DNA of 64,000 nt from an uncultured Actinomycetes bacterium. Its GTDB lineage: Bacteria; Actinomycetota; Thermoleophilia; Gaiellales; Gaiellaceae. The position numbers and the translations under genes are program-made. The stretch lies in contig CAVWYX010000007.1 in NCBI GenBank assembly GCA_963759365.1, forward strand, positions 29,422-93,421, given 5' to 3'. Positions 35,710 through 43,673 of the stretch are shown in pieces (the first letter of the stretch is position 1; each line of letters begins with the position of its first letter). A model generated the notes under the pieces. It was not told where the DNA came from and ran no database searches. It saw only the letters and a program-made list of their open reading frames with translations.

Positions 35710-36363
35710 TCATTCGTCGTCCTGCTCGGTGGTGGCGGTTGCATACTGCGGGCGTCCGGTGGGCCGATAGACCTGGATCGTTACGCCCTTCGAGTCGGCT
35801 CTCGAGTCGACCAGGTCAAGCGCAATGTCCGGGCCGGCCTCGGGGAACAGCCGCGTGCCCTGGCCGACGACCACGGGGACGATGAGCAGGTTGATCTCGT
35901 CGACCAGGTCGTTTTCGAGCAGCCATCGGATCAGGGCACCGCTGCCGTGCACCTGCAGCTCACCCGCCGGCTTGGCTTTCAGCTCGCCGATTGCCGCCGC
36001 GAGGTCACCGGAGAGGAGGGTCGTGTTCGCCCAGCGCGGTTCGGTGAGCGTGGTCGATGCGAGGTACTTGGGCTTCGTGTTCAAGGCAGCTGCGATCTGG
36101 TGGTTGCCCGGATCTTCCAGCGCGGCGCGAGCCCGCTCCTCTGCGCCCCAGTAGCCGGCGAAGAGCTCGTAGGTCCGCCGGCCGAACAGGAACGCGTCGG
36201 CGCGCTGGTAGGTCTGGTTGATGAACGTCATGGTCTCGTTGTCGAACACCCCCATGGCCCATCCGCCGCGCTCGAATCCGTTCCTGCGGTCCTCATCCGA
36301 CGCGCCGCCGTTTCCCTGCATCACTCCATCGACGGTGACTTGCGTCATGGTGGTCAGTTTCAT
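35710..36363 (-). CDS. RibD_C / dihydrofolate-reductase-like family protein
   Basis: 217 aa; MKLTTMTQVTVDGVMQG...FGRRTYELFAGYWG...LQVHGSGALIRWLLENDLVDEINLLIVPVVVGQGTRLF. Confidence 0.85.
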   Translation of the reverse strand: MKLTTMTQVTVDGVMQGNGGASDEDRRNGFERGGWAMGVFDNETMTFINQTYQRADAFLFGRRTYELFAGYWGAEERARAALEDPGNHQIAAALNTKPKYLASTTLTEPRWANTTLLSGDLAAAIGELKAKPAGELQVHGSGALIRWLLENDLVDEINLLIVPVVVGQGTRLFPEAGPDIALDLVDSRADSKGVTIQVYRPTGRPQYATATTEQDDE

Positions 36364-36516
36364 GGGTTCGTCCTTTCTCTCGTGCTGGTCTTTCTCGTTA
36401 TGACCGCACCGAGGCGCGGAGCTCATCGGTCGCAGCAGAGTCTTCCGTCCGGCCGAATCGAGCCTGAGGATCTGGAAGACGGAGCTGGCAGAGTCGTGGT
36501 CAACAAAGGAGGCGTC

Positions 36517-36921
36517 GTGTCGGGCCCGTTCATCTTCATCGCCACCAACCGTCTTAAGCCCGGGAAGCTCGCCGACGAAAGGAGGCGAGTGCCAGGCCTC
36601 GTCGACTTCATCGAAGCGAACGAGCCGCGGCTGATCGCGTTCAACGAGTACGTCAACGAGGATGGCACCGAAGTCGGGGTTGTCCAAGTTCACGCGGACG
36701 CCGACTCGATGCGGTTACACATGGAGATCATTGCCGAGCGTGCCGCCGCCGCGTACGCCGAAACGGTCGAGGCGACCACGAGCATCCAGGTTTTCGGCAC
36801 GCCGAGTGACGCCGTCCTCAGAATGCTCGAGCGTCAGGCTGGCGCCGGTGTCCCGCTGTTGGTCAAGCCCCACCACCTCGGTGGGTTCACACGCCCACAC
36901 CGTTGGGAACCGGTGACGTAA
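36517..36921 (+). CDS. ferredoxin-like (ABM-type) protein of unknown function
   Basis: GTG 36517 after AAAGGAGG; SGPFIFIATNRLKPGKLADERRRVPGLVDFIEANEPRLIAFNEYVNEDGTEVGVVQVHADADSM. Confidence 0.6.
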   Translation: MSGPFIFIATNRLKPGKLADERRRVPGLVDFIEANEPRLIAFNEYVNEDGTEVGVVQVHADADSMRLHMEIIAERAAAAYAETVEATTSIQVFGTPSDAVLRMLERQAGAGVPLLVKPHHLGGFTRPHRWEPVT

Positions 36922-36958
36922 TCGTCGGCTGGGCCAGTGTTCGGGAATGTCACCTGAG
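36922..36958 (+). repeat. J31: R-only junction (consensus-like)
   Basis: tcgtcggctgggccagtgttcgggaatgtcacctgag. Confidence 0.95.
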
Positions 36959-36959
36959 T

Positions 36960-37472
36960 TTGCGGCAGTTAGCGTTAACGGCCGTGCGGGAGGGTTCGGG
37001 ACAGCTTGTCCTTCGCGAGATCGAAGATCGTGATCTCGGCGTGCTGTTCGAGCACTCGAGGGATCGCGACGCTATACGGATGGCCGCGTTCACTTCGCCG
37101 GAGGCCGATGATCGAGCGAGCTTCGAGCGACGGTGGGCGCGGCTGAGGAGCGACGGCTCTACGACGAACAGGGTCGTCGAGATCGACGGTCGAGTTGTGG
37201 GTCACATTGCGAGCTTCGACTTGGAGGGTCACCGCGAGGTCACCTATTGGATCGGCCGTGAAGATTGGGGCCGCGGCATTGCCACGCGTGCCCTACAAGA
37301 GTTCTTGCAGCTGGAGGCAACCCGTCCGCTTTACGCTCATGCTGCGAGCGACAACGCCGCGTCGATTCGTGTGTTGACGAAGTGCGGTTTCCTTATCGTG
37401 GGCGAGGGCCGCGAGTTCGCTCATGGGCGCAACGAGGAAACGGACGAGGTCGTGCTCCGACTCGATGCATGA
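36960..37472 (+). CDS. GNAT family N-acetyltransferase (copy 2 of 11504..12016)
   Basis: Collinear with 11504-12016 at a constant offset of 25456, with roughly ten substitutions by eye. Confidence 0.8.
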   Translation: MRQLALTAVREGSGQLVLREIEDRDLGVLFEHSRDRDAIRMAAFTSPEADDRASFERRWARLRSDGSTTNRVVEIDGRVVGHIASFDLEGHREVTYWIGREDWGRGIATRALQEFLQLEATRPLYAHAASDNAASIRVLTKCGFLIVGEGREFAHGRNEETDEVVLRLDA

Positions 37473-37482
37473 CCCCAACTGT

Positions 37483-37607
37483 CCTCGGCTGGACGAGCGT
37501 GCCGTCTCTCGAGCGCAGTCGGGGGTAAACGCAACTCTGTAGTCACTGGCGCGACTATCGGCAGCGACCCCGTCGCTTGGGCCAGCGTTCGGGAATGACG
37601 CCTGAGG
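37483..37607 (+). repeat. J32: L-M(v2), spacer, R
   Basis: cctcggctg|gacgagcgtgccgtctctcgagcgcagtcgggggtaaacgcaactctgtagtc|actggcgcgactatcggcagcgaccccgtcgcttgggccagcgttcgggaatgacgcctgagg. Confidence 0.85.
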
Positions 37608-37636
37608 GGGCTCTCCCGTCGCGAAAGTTCAACCCG

Positions 37637-38083
37637 CTAGCCGATCTGCTCGGCCAGCCCGATGAGGATCCCCTCAGGGCCTCGGACGTAACAGAGCCGA
37701 TACTGATCCTCGTACTGCGCCAGTTCACCAACCAACTCGGCTCCGTGCGAGCGGAGCCGGGCGAGCGTATCGTCGATGTCCTCGACGGCGAACATGATGC
37801 GTAGGTAGCCGAGAGCGTTCACGGGGGCGTTCCGGTGATCGGCGACCGCAGGCGGCGTGAGAAATCGCGAGATCTCGAGCCGGCTGTGGCCGTCCGGCGT
37901 GCGCATCATGGCGATCTCGACGCGCATGTGGCGCAGTCCAGTGACGCGCTCTGCCCAGTCTCCTTCGATCGTGGCTCGCCCTTCGAGCTCGAGGCCGAGC
38001 TCGGCGAAAAAAGAGATAGCGGCATCGAGGGATTCCACCACGATGCCGACGTTGTCCATCCGTTGAAGCGTCACGCGGCCCAC
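37637..38083 (-). CDS. VOC/glyoxalase family protein
   Basis: 148 aa; MDNVGIVVESLDAAISFFAELGLELEG...CYVRGPEGILIGLAEQ. Confidence 0.8.
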   Translation of the reverse strand: MGRVTLQRMDNVGIVVESLDAAISFFAELGLELEGRATIEGDWAERVTGLRHMRVEIAMMRTPDGHSRLEISRFLTPPAVADHRNAPVNALGYLRIMFAVEDIDDTLARLRSHGAELVGELAQYEDQYRLCYVRGPEGILIGLAEQIG

Positions 38084-38158
38084 ACTAGTCCTGTTGTCGC
38101 TTCGACACGCCCACCGGACGAGCGCACAATTGGTGCGGCGAGGTCTTGGACCATCACC

Positions 38159-39172
38159 ATGGCCAAACGTAACTATTTAGTGGAGGGCTTATCTGGTGCC
38201 GGTAAATCCTCGGTCTACGAGGAGCTGATCCGACGCGGCTACAAGGCCATCAGTACCGACCGTGCTTGGAAGTACCATGCCGACCCTGACACCGGTCTCC
38301 GAGGTGGGCCCACTCATCACGACAACGCTATGTGGGACCAGCAAAAAGCTGTCAGCGAACTCGAAAGCCCGGAACCAGAAGTGTTATTCGTCTGTGGAAG
38401 CAGCCGCAATCGCGACCGCTTTCTGCCCTATTTCACCAAGATATTCAACCTCCGCATCGACGACGACACCATGCGTCGCCGCCTCCAAGAGCGCACCAAT
38501 AATGAATTTGGCAAGCAGTCCGAGGAACTCGAACTCATGCTCAGGCTAAATCGGAGCGACGAGAAACCGGCCGGAGCTATAGATGTGGACGGTACCCAGC
38601 CTCTTAACCAGGTAGTCGACGAATTGCTTCGCTTAGCAAACTGCAGAACCGTGATGAGCGACTCGAGGCTGACACCATGGTCTAAACGCGGGTCCGCGAT
38701 CGGCCAGTCATTCGTGATCTCTGAGTCCGCACTGCCGATCGTGCAGGCTGCTGCTAGTTCGCGGAAACGCATCCTCCGTGGAACGTCGGATGAATTCTGG
38801 GTTGTCCTAGGCCGCGAGACCATCACTCGCATCGAATACGGCTGGTCTGGCTACGTTCTTGCGACGCTGTTGCCGTACCTCGACGAGCAGGGCATCGACC
38901 TTATGCACTCTGACCACGATGAGGTGGCCTCGACCATCTCGCAGACCCGAGAGGGCTCGGTCTTTGTCCTCACGTCAGATCACCGTGAGCGTTACCTGAC
39001 ACGCCTCGATCCAATTGAGTTCGACGGGGCAGTGCTTCGCCGCTACTACGAGGAGTTCAACGAGACGGCAGCAGAGGGCGTCGATGCCGCAATGCTGGAC
39101 GGGATTGCTTTCTTTCGTGACACGCTCGCGCCTCTCGAATCCGCGATCGTTGCCGTGTTCATCATCGGATAG
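38159..39172 (+). CDS. P-loop kinase-like N-domain fused to ~170 aa domain of unknown function; visibly lower GC
   Basis: ATG 38159; Walker A LVEGLSGAGKSS. The N-domain resembles the 35095 gene. A/T-rich codons are unlike the neighbours. Confidence 0.7.
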   Translation: MAKRNYLVEGLSGAGKSSVYEELIRRGYKAISTDRAWKYHADPDTGLRGGPTHHDNAMWDQQKAVSELESPEPEVLFVCGSSRNRDRFLPYFTKIFNLRIDDDTMRRRLQERTNNEFGKQSEELELMLRLNRSDEKPAGAIDVDGTQPLNQVVDELLRLANCRTVMSDSRLTPWSKRGSAIGQSFVISESALPIVQAAASSRKRILRGTSDEFWVVLGRETITRIEYGWSGYVLATLLPYLDEQGIDLMHSDHDEVASTISQTREGSVFVLTSDHRERYLTRLDPIEFDGAVLRRYYEEFNETAAEGVDAAMLDGIAFFRDTLAPLESAIVAVFIIG

Positions 39173-39190
39173 TCCCTGCTCAGGCCGCGT

Positions 39191-39229
39191 GCGCTCGCCT
39201 GGACCAGCGTGCCGGAATGTCACCCGACC
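39191..39229 (+). repeat. J33: R-only junction
   Basis: gcgctcgcctggaccagcgtgccggaatgtcacccgacc. Confidence 0.85.
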
Positions 39230-39327
39230 GCCGTGGGCGATTGTGTCGCGGCGTGGTGACAGACTGTTGCTTATCCAGACTGGCACGCGTAGTCTCGCGC
39301 CCAAGTCCTCTACCCAGGGAGGTCCTC

Positions 39328-40218
39328 ATGACCACCACCAGCCTGCTCCCTGACGTCGGGATCGAGCTTCGGGAGGGTTATGCCAAGGTCGGCGATCAGA
39401 CCTTGCATTACGTCGAGGCCGGTGACGGGCCGCTGATCGTTCTGTTGCACGGCTTTCCCGAGTTCTGGTTCGGTTGGCGGCTACAGATCGAGCCGCTCAC
39501 GGCGGCGGGTTTTCGGGTAGTCGCCCCCGACACGCGTGGCTACAACCTGTCATCGAAGCCAGAGGGCTTCGAGTCCTACGGCGTCGACCTGCTCGCCGCC
39601 GACATCCGCGGCCTCATCGGAGAACTCGGTGCCGAGTCTGCGCTGTTGGTCGGTCACGACTGGGGCGGAAGCATCGCCTGGACCATCGCGATGAACCACC
39701 CCGAGGTGGTCGACCGACTCGCCATCCTCAACGCGGCCCATCCGCGGCGGCTCTCGGAGGGACTGCACCACCCGAGCCAGCTTCGGAAGTCCTGGTACTT
39801 CTTCTTCTTCGCAACACCCGGACTGCCCGAGGAGATCGTGCCCGCCAGAGACTGGCACTTCTTCCGACACTTCCTGCATGACGCGAACCCGCCTTACACG
39901 CCGCAGGAGATCGAACGCTACATCGAGGCGTGGTCACAGCCGGGGGCAGCGGCCGGGATGATCAACTACTACCGAGCCTCGGTACGACAGTCCCAGAAGG
40001 AAGCCGCAGCAAAGCTTCGCCCGATCTCGGCGCCGACACTGGTCATCTGGGGGGAGCGCGATTCCTACCTCGGCTCCGACCTCGCCGAGCCCGACCGCGA
40101 CGACGTGCCCAACCTCGACCGCGTGGAGCGCCTGGCCGACGCGTCCCACTGGGTGCATCACGACGAGGCTGAACGCGTCAACCAACTGCTCATCGACTTC
40201 TTCGCCGCCGCCGGGTAA
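39328..40218 (+). CDS. epoxide-hydrolase-like alpha/beta hydrolase
   Basis: ATG 39328 after AGGGAGG; LLHGFPEFWFGWR, GHDWGG, HWVHHDEAERVNQLL. Confidence 0.85.
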   Translation: MTTTSLLPDVGIELREGYAKVGDQTLHYVEAGDGPLIVLLHGFPEFWFGWRLQIEPLTAAGFRVVAPDTRGYNLSSKPEGFESYGVDLLAADIRGLIGELGAESALLVGHDWGGSIAWTIAMNHPEVVDRLAILNAAHPRRLSEGLHHPSQLRKSWYFFFFATPGLPEEIVPARDWHFFRHFLHDANPPYTPQEIERYIEAWSQPGAAAGMINYYRASVRQSQKEAAAKLRPISAPTLVIWGERDSYLGSDLAEPDRDDVPNLDRVERLADASHWVHHDEAERVNQLLIDFFAAAG

Positions 40219-40249
40219 ACGCAACTCTGTAGTTACACGCTGGGTTGCG
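40212..40249 (+). repeat. J34: M(v2) only, overlaps the hydrolase stop codon
   Basis: cgggtaaacgcaactctgtagtt|acacgctgggttgcg (the same post-M sequence type as J6 and J20). Confidence 0.65.
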
Positions 40250-40256
40250 AGCAGGT

Positions 40257-40856
40257 CTACGACGTGTGGACGGGATAGCGCAGATGCGTGACACCCACAC
40301 CGGTGACGACTGTCGGATTCCCGAGGACTGCCGGTGTGTTCGCGAGGTGGTCGAACAGCCGCACTCCTGCGCCTAGCAACACGGCAGCCAGATCGATGTG
40401 GATCTCGTCGAGCAGTCCGGCGTCCAGGCACTGCTGGATCGTTTGGGCGCCGTGCACTCCCACGGACTTCGGGCCGGCAGCCGATTTCGCTCGAGCAACG
40501 GCGCTTTCGATGCCGTCGGTGACGAACTGGACTGTCGAGCCGGGCCGTGGCCAGCCGTCCGGCACGTTGTGGGTGGCGACGAAAGCGGGGACATCCCACG
40601 GGTGCCGGCCGCCCCAGCCGTCGGCGCGCTCGAACGTGCGCCGACCGGTGAGCATGGCGCCGACCTCAGCCTGCAAGCCTCTCAGGTGGTCGGCGCTCGG
40701 CGCCGAGACGTGGAACGTCATGCCGGATGTCGTGCTCGCTGTGGGGACCTCGACGTCGCCCGAGAAGTACCAGTCGAAAACCTCGGCGACCCCGTCGTTC
40801 GCGTCGGCGACGTACCCGTCGAGAGACATCGACATGATTGCGACCACCTTGGTCAT
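40257..40856 (-). CDS. RibD_C / dihydrofolate-reductase-like family protein
   Basis: 199 aa; MTKVVAIMSMSLDGYVADANDG...GRRTFE...VGVHGAQTIQQCLDAGLLDEIHIDLAAVLLGAGVRLF. Confidence 0.8.
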   Translation of the reverse strand: MTKVVAIMSMSLDGYVADANDGVAEVFDWYFSGDVEVPTASTTSGMTFHVSAPSADHLRGLQAEVGAMLTGRRTFERADGWGGRHPWDVPAFVATHNVPDGWPRPGSTVQFVTDGIESAVARAKSAAGPKSVGVHGAQTIQQCLDAGLLDEIHIDLAAVLLGAGVRLFDHLANTPAVLGNPTVVTGVGVTHLRYPVHTS

Positions 40857-40903
40857 GGTGCAGCTCCATCGACGGAGACGAGCGTCGTGGTCGTCAGTTT
40901 CAT
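40853..40903 (-). pseudogene. 16-codon N-terminal remnant of a 35710-type DHFR-like gene, now a uORF overlapping the 40856 start (ATGA)
   Basis: MKLTTTTLVSVDGAAP plus stop. The first ~50 nt plus ~110 nt of leader are collinear with 36312-36475. Confidence 0.5.
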
Positions 40904-41012
40904 GGGTTCGTCCTTTCTCTCGTGGTGGTCTTTCTCGTTTACGACCGCACCGAGGCGCGGATCTCATCGGTCCCAGCAGAGGCCGTCCCGGCCGAATCGA
41001 GCCTGAGGATCT

Positions 41013-41026
41013 GATACTCAGTAGTT
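41013..41026 (+). repeat. J35: M-core remnant
   Basis: gatactcagtagtt, directly abutting the conserved DHFR leader. Confidence 0.45.
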
Positions 41027-41039
41027 GCTGCCGCGATAC

Positions 41040-42251
41040 CTACGCGCGAGCGGGGAAGAGTCGTTTCTCCGTTCCGAGGTGTGAAGCCCATTCGAGCTTG
41101 GTCGCGCGCGCGAAGAGCATGTAGGCGCGAAGCGCGTCCCGCATCGCGTCGACGAAGCCGTCGGCGCGGCGCGGGTCGAAGCCGTCCTCCCACCAGACGT
41201 CGAGCACCTCCACGCGGGCTTGGTCCCGGTCGATCCGCGGTTCGATCCGGCCGACGAAGCGGTCGCCGAAGGAGATCGGGAGCACGTAATAGCCCCAACG
41301 GCGCTTTGCCGGCGGGAAGAAGCCCTCCCACACGTAGGCGAAGTCGAACATGCTCGCAAGGAGGGCTGTGTCCCACAGCAGCGAGTCGAACGGGGCGATG
41401 AACGCGACGGAAGACGTCGGCTCCGGCGGCGCCTGCAGCAGGGCGAGCTCTTCGGCGAGGACGAGGCGCTTGCCGCGCACGCCCTCGACCTCGACGGGCA
41501 CGAGTGCGCCGAGCTCGACCAGTTCGTTGCGCAGATCGGTGCGCACCGGCGGATCGGCGATGCGGGCGAACGTACCGCCGGCGCCGCCGGGCCCGAGGAG
41601 GCCGTGGGCTCGGTACCGGGACAGGAGCTTGTGCCGGAGCTGTTCTCGCTCCGACACCTCGTGCGCGAGCACCTCGGCCGGAAGCAGCCGTTCGAGAAGG
41701 TCGTAGTACCGGATGTTGCCGTCGCGGCGGGCGAGGCCGATCGCGCCCATGACGGTGTACGCCTCGAGCACGGCACGCACGGCGTTCTCCGGCATCCCGA
41801 ACCAGTTCTTCGTCGGGCCGCTCTCCCGCTCGAAGTCGGCCGAAGACAGCGGCCCGTCCGCCCGGATGCCTTCGAGGACGCGCTCGGCCACCGCCGTGTT
41901 GTCGGCGAGTGCCTGGGAGTGGAACTTGGGCCCCTTGCGGCCCATGGCATGACGGAACCAAGGGAACTCGGTCGTCGGGACGAATGACAGCGCCTTGTTG
42001 GTCGCCTCGAAGATCTCACGGCGCTCGTAGAGCAAGTCGCACCAGGCGGGCTCGTAGCCGGCGACGCGTGCGTGCAGCACGAGATCGTGGTTCCGGCCGG
42101 CGACCGCGATCGGGTCGAACTGGATCGACCCGAGCGTGCGGAAGACCTCGAGCACCGCGTCGGGCCCACCCTCGAGGGATCGCGCCGGCGCAAGGCGGTG
42201 GCGGGCTACGAGGAAGCGCCGCGCGGCGTCGGCCGTAACCTTCACCGACAT
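41040..42251 (-). CDS. winged-helix YcaQ/AlkZ-like (DUF1006) putative DNA glycosylase
   Basis: 403 aa from MSVKVTADAARRFLVARHRL...GSIQFDPIAVAGRNHDLVLHARV...WGYYVLPISFGDRFVGRIEPRIDR. Confidence 0.75.
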   Translation of the reverse strand: MSVKVTADAARRFLVARHRLAPARSLEGGPDAVLEVFRTLGSIQFDPIAVAGRNHDLVLHARVAGYEPAWCDLLYERREIFEATNKALSFVPTTEFPWFRHAMGRKGPKFHSQALADNTAVAERVLEGIRADGPLSSADFERESGPTKNWFGMPENAVRAVLEAYTVMGAIGLARRDGNIRYYDLLERLLPAEVLAHEVSEREQLRHKLLSRYRAHGLLGPGGAGGTFARIADPPVRTDLRNELVELGALVPVEVEGVRGKRLVLAEELALLQAPPEPTSSVAFIAPFDSLLWDTALLASMFDFAYVWEGFFPPAKRRWGYYVLPISFGDRFVGRIEPRIDRDQARVEVLDVWWEDGFDPRRADGFVDAMRDALRAYMLFARATKLEWASHLGTEKRLFPARA

Positions 42252-42292
42252 GACGCTACCCCTTGGGCCGTTGGCGGCCCAAGCGCAGGCCG

Positions 42293-42372
42293 ACTCGCCT
42301 GAGCGAGCGTAACTGGCAGCCGAGCACAGTCTGTCGTCCGGCGGAGCGATCTGCTCGGGAATGTTCCCTGGG
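42293..42372 (+). repeat. J36: L, M remnant, R
   Basis: actcgcctgagcgagcgtaactggcagccgagcacagtctgtcgtccggcggagcgatctgctcgggaatgttccctggg. Confidence 0.65.
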
Positions 42373-42405
42373 CGATGAGAGGCCATCTGGAGGAGGATCG
42401 ACTGC

Positions 42406-43221
42406 GTGGGCGAGATGCGGCCGGGCTTGCGCGAAACGTTCGAGTCTGCTGCGGATGGTTATGACGCCGCGCGACCGAGCTACCCCGAGCAGCTTTTCGA
42501 TGACCTCGTCGAGCTCGCCGAGCTACCCCCGCGCGCCCGGCTCCTGGAGATCGGCTGCGCGACTGGAAAGGCGACGCGTCCACTGCTCGAACGTGGTTTC
42601 TCGGTCGTATGCGTCGAGTTGGGTGAGCGCCTCGCCGAGCGCGCGCGCGCCAACTTGGCCGGCATGCCCGCCGAAATCCATGTTGCCCCGTTCGAGGTCT
42701 GGGAGAACGAGCGCGAACAGTTCGACCTTGTCTACGCGGCGACCGCATGGCACTGGATCGACCCTGCGATCCGCTACCGCAAGGCGTACGAGTTGTTGCG
42801 ACCGACGGGTCATCTCGCCTTCTGGAGCGCGCAGCACGCCTTCCCCGTCGACTACGACCCCTTCTTCGCCGAGATCCAGGAGGTCTACGACGCCATCGGC
42901 GAAAGCCGCCCCGGAGAATGGCCGCCTACTCCACCCGATCGTGTCCCCGACGATGTAGCGGAGATCGAAGCGACCGGCCTGTTCGAGGGGATCCACGTTC
43001 GCCGGTACGTCTGGGAGACGGAGTATTCGGCCGACGAGTACATCGCCCTCCTCGACACCTTCTCCGGGCATATCGCGATGGAGAGATCTAGGCGAGCTCG
43101 CCTCTACGGCGAGATCCGACGCCGGATCGGGCGTCGCACACCGTCATCGGTGCGGCGGCACTGGATCGCGATCCTCCATGTGGCACGCCGCAAGCACGCC
43201 GCCGGTCACGCCAGGGCTTGA
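42406..43221 (+). CDS. class I SAM-dependent methyltransferase
   Basis: 271 aa; RLLEIGCATGKATRPLLERG motif I. Confidence 0.8.
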   Translation: MGEMRPGLRETFESAADGYDAARPSYPEQLFDDLVELAELPPRARLLEIGCATGKATRPLLERGFSVVCVELGERLAERARANLAGMPAEIHVAPFEVWENEREQFDLVYAATAWHWIDPAIRYRKAYELLRPTGHLAFWSAQHAFPVDYDPFFAEIQEVYDAIGESRPGEWPPTPPDRVPDDVAEIEATGLFEGIHVRRYVWETEYSADEYIALLDTFSGHIAMERSRRARLYGEIRRRIGRRTPSSVRRHWIAILHVARRKHAAGHARA

Positions 43222-43237
43222 GGCGGCAGCGGCTTCG

Positions 43238-43287
43238 GGAGGGAGCGAACCCTCGCGTGGGCCAGCGTTCGCGAATGTCACCCGACG
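43238..43287 (+). repeat. J37: H-R junction
   Basis: gggagggagcgaaccctcgcgtgggccagcgttcgcgaatgtcacccgacg. Confidence 0.85.
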
Positions 43288-43673
43288 CGAGCTCGTCGAG
43301 ACGCCTTGACGGGTGCAACCGTCCTGCGCATCACGCAATTCTTCTTTCCCTTGGGCCGCTCGTAGCTGAAGCCGACCTCCTCGAACATGCTGCGCGTGGC
43401 GCTATAGAGGAACTGGGACCGCATCTTCTCGCCCTGCAGGTCGTGCGGATAGCCCTCCACCACGCCGCCGCCCGCCTTCGCGATCAGATCGAGGGCTCCA
43501 CGGACCGCCACGGCTGCGAAGCCTTTCCGCCGATAGTCCCTGTCGACGAAGATGCAGGTGATGCGATAGGCAGGCGGCTTCCCCAACCAGCAGCCGCCGA
43601 ACCCACACCCATTGTGCTTCTCGACGAGCCGCGCGAAGGCATCCCACGTCGTGGCGCGCATCCTGCCTGGCAT
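43278..43673 (-). CDS. GNAT family N-acetyltransferase (short form)
   Basis: 131 aa; WRITC-type core YRITCIFVDRDYRRKGFAAVAVRGALDLIAKAGGGVVEGYP. It looks shorter than usual for this subfamily, and its 3' end overlaps J37. Confidence 0.7.
   Translation of the reverse strand: MPGRMRATTWDAFARLVEKHNGCGFGGCWLGKPPAYRITCIFVDRDYRRKGFAAVAVRGALDLIAKAGGGVVEGYPHDLQGEKMRSQFLYSATRSMFEEVGFSYERPKGKKNCVMRRTVAPVKASRRARVG

Noticed and set aside
36364-36475. Hammerhead-like CCGAUGAG...GAAA in the conserved DHFR leader, or a known riboswitch
   Set aside because: The core reads CCGAUGA rather than CUGAUGA. The helices are not evident. I recognise no match to the THF, ZTP, guanidine or other riboswitch consensus from memory.
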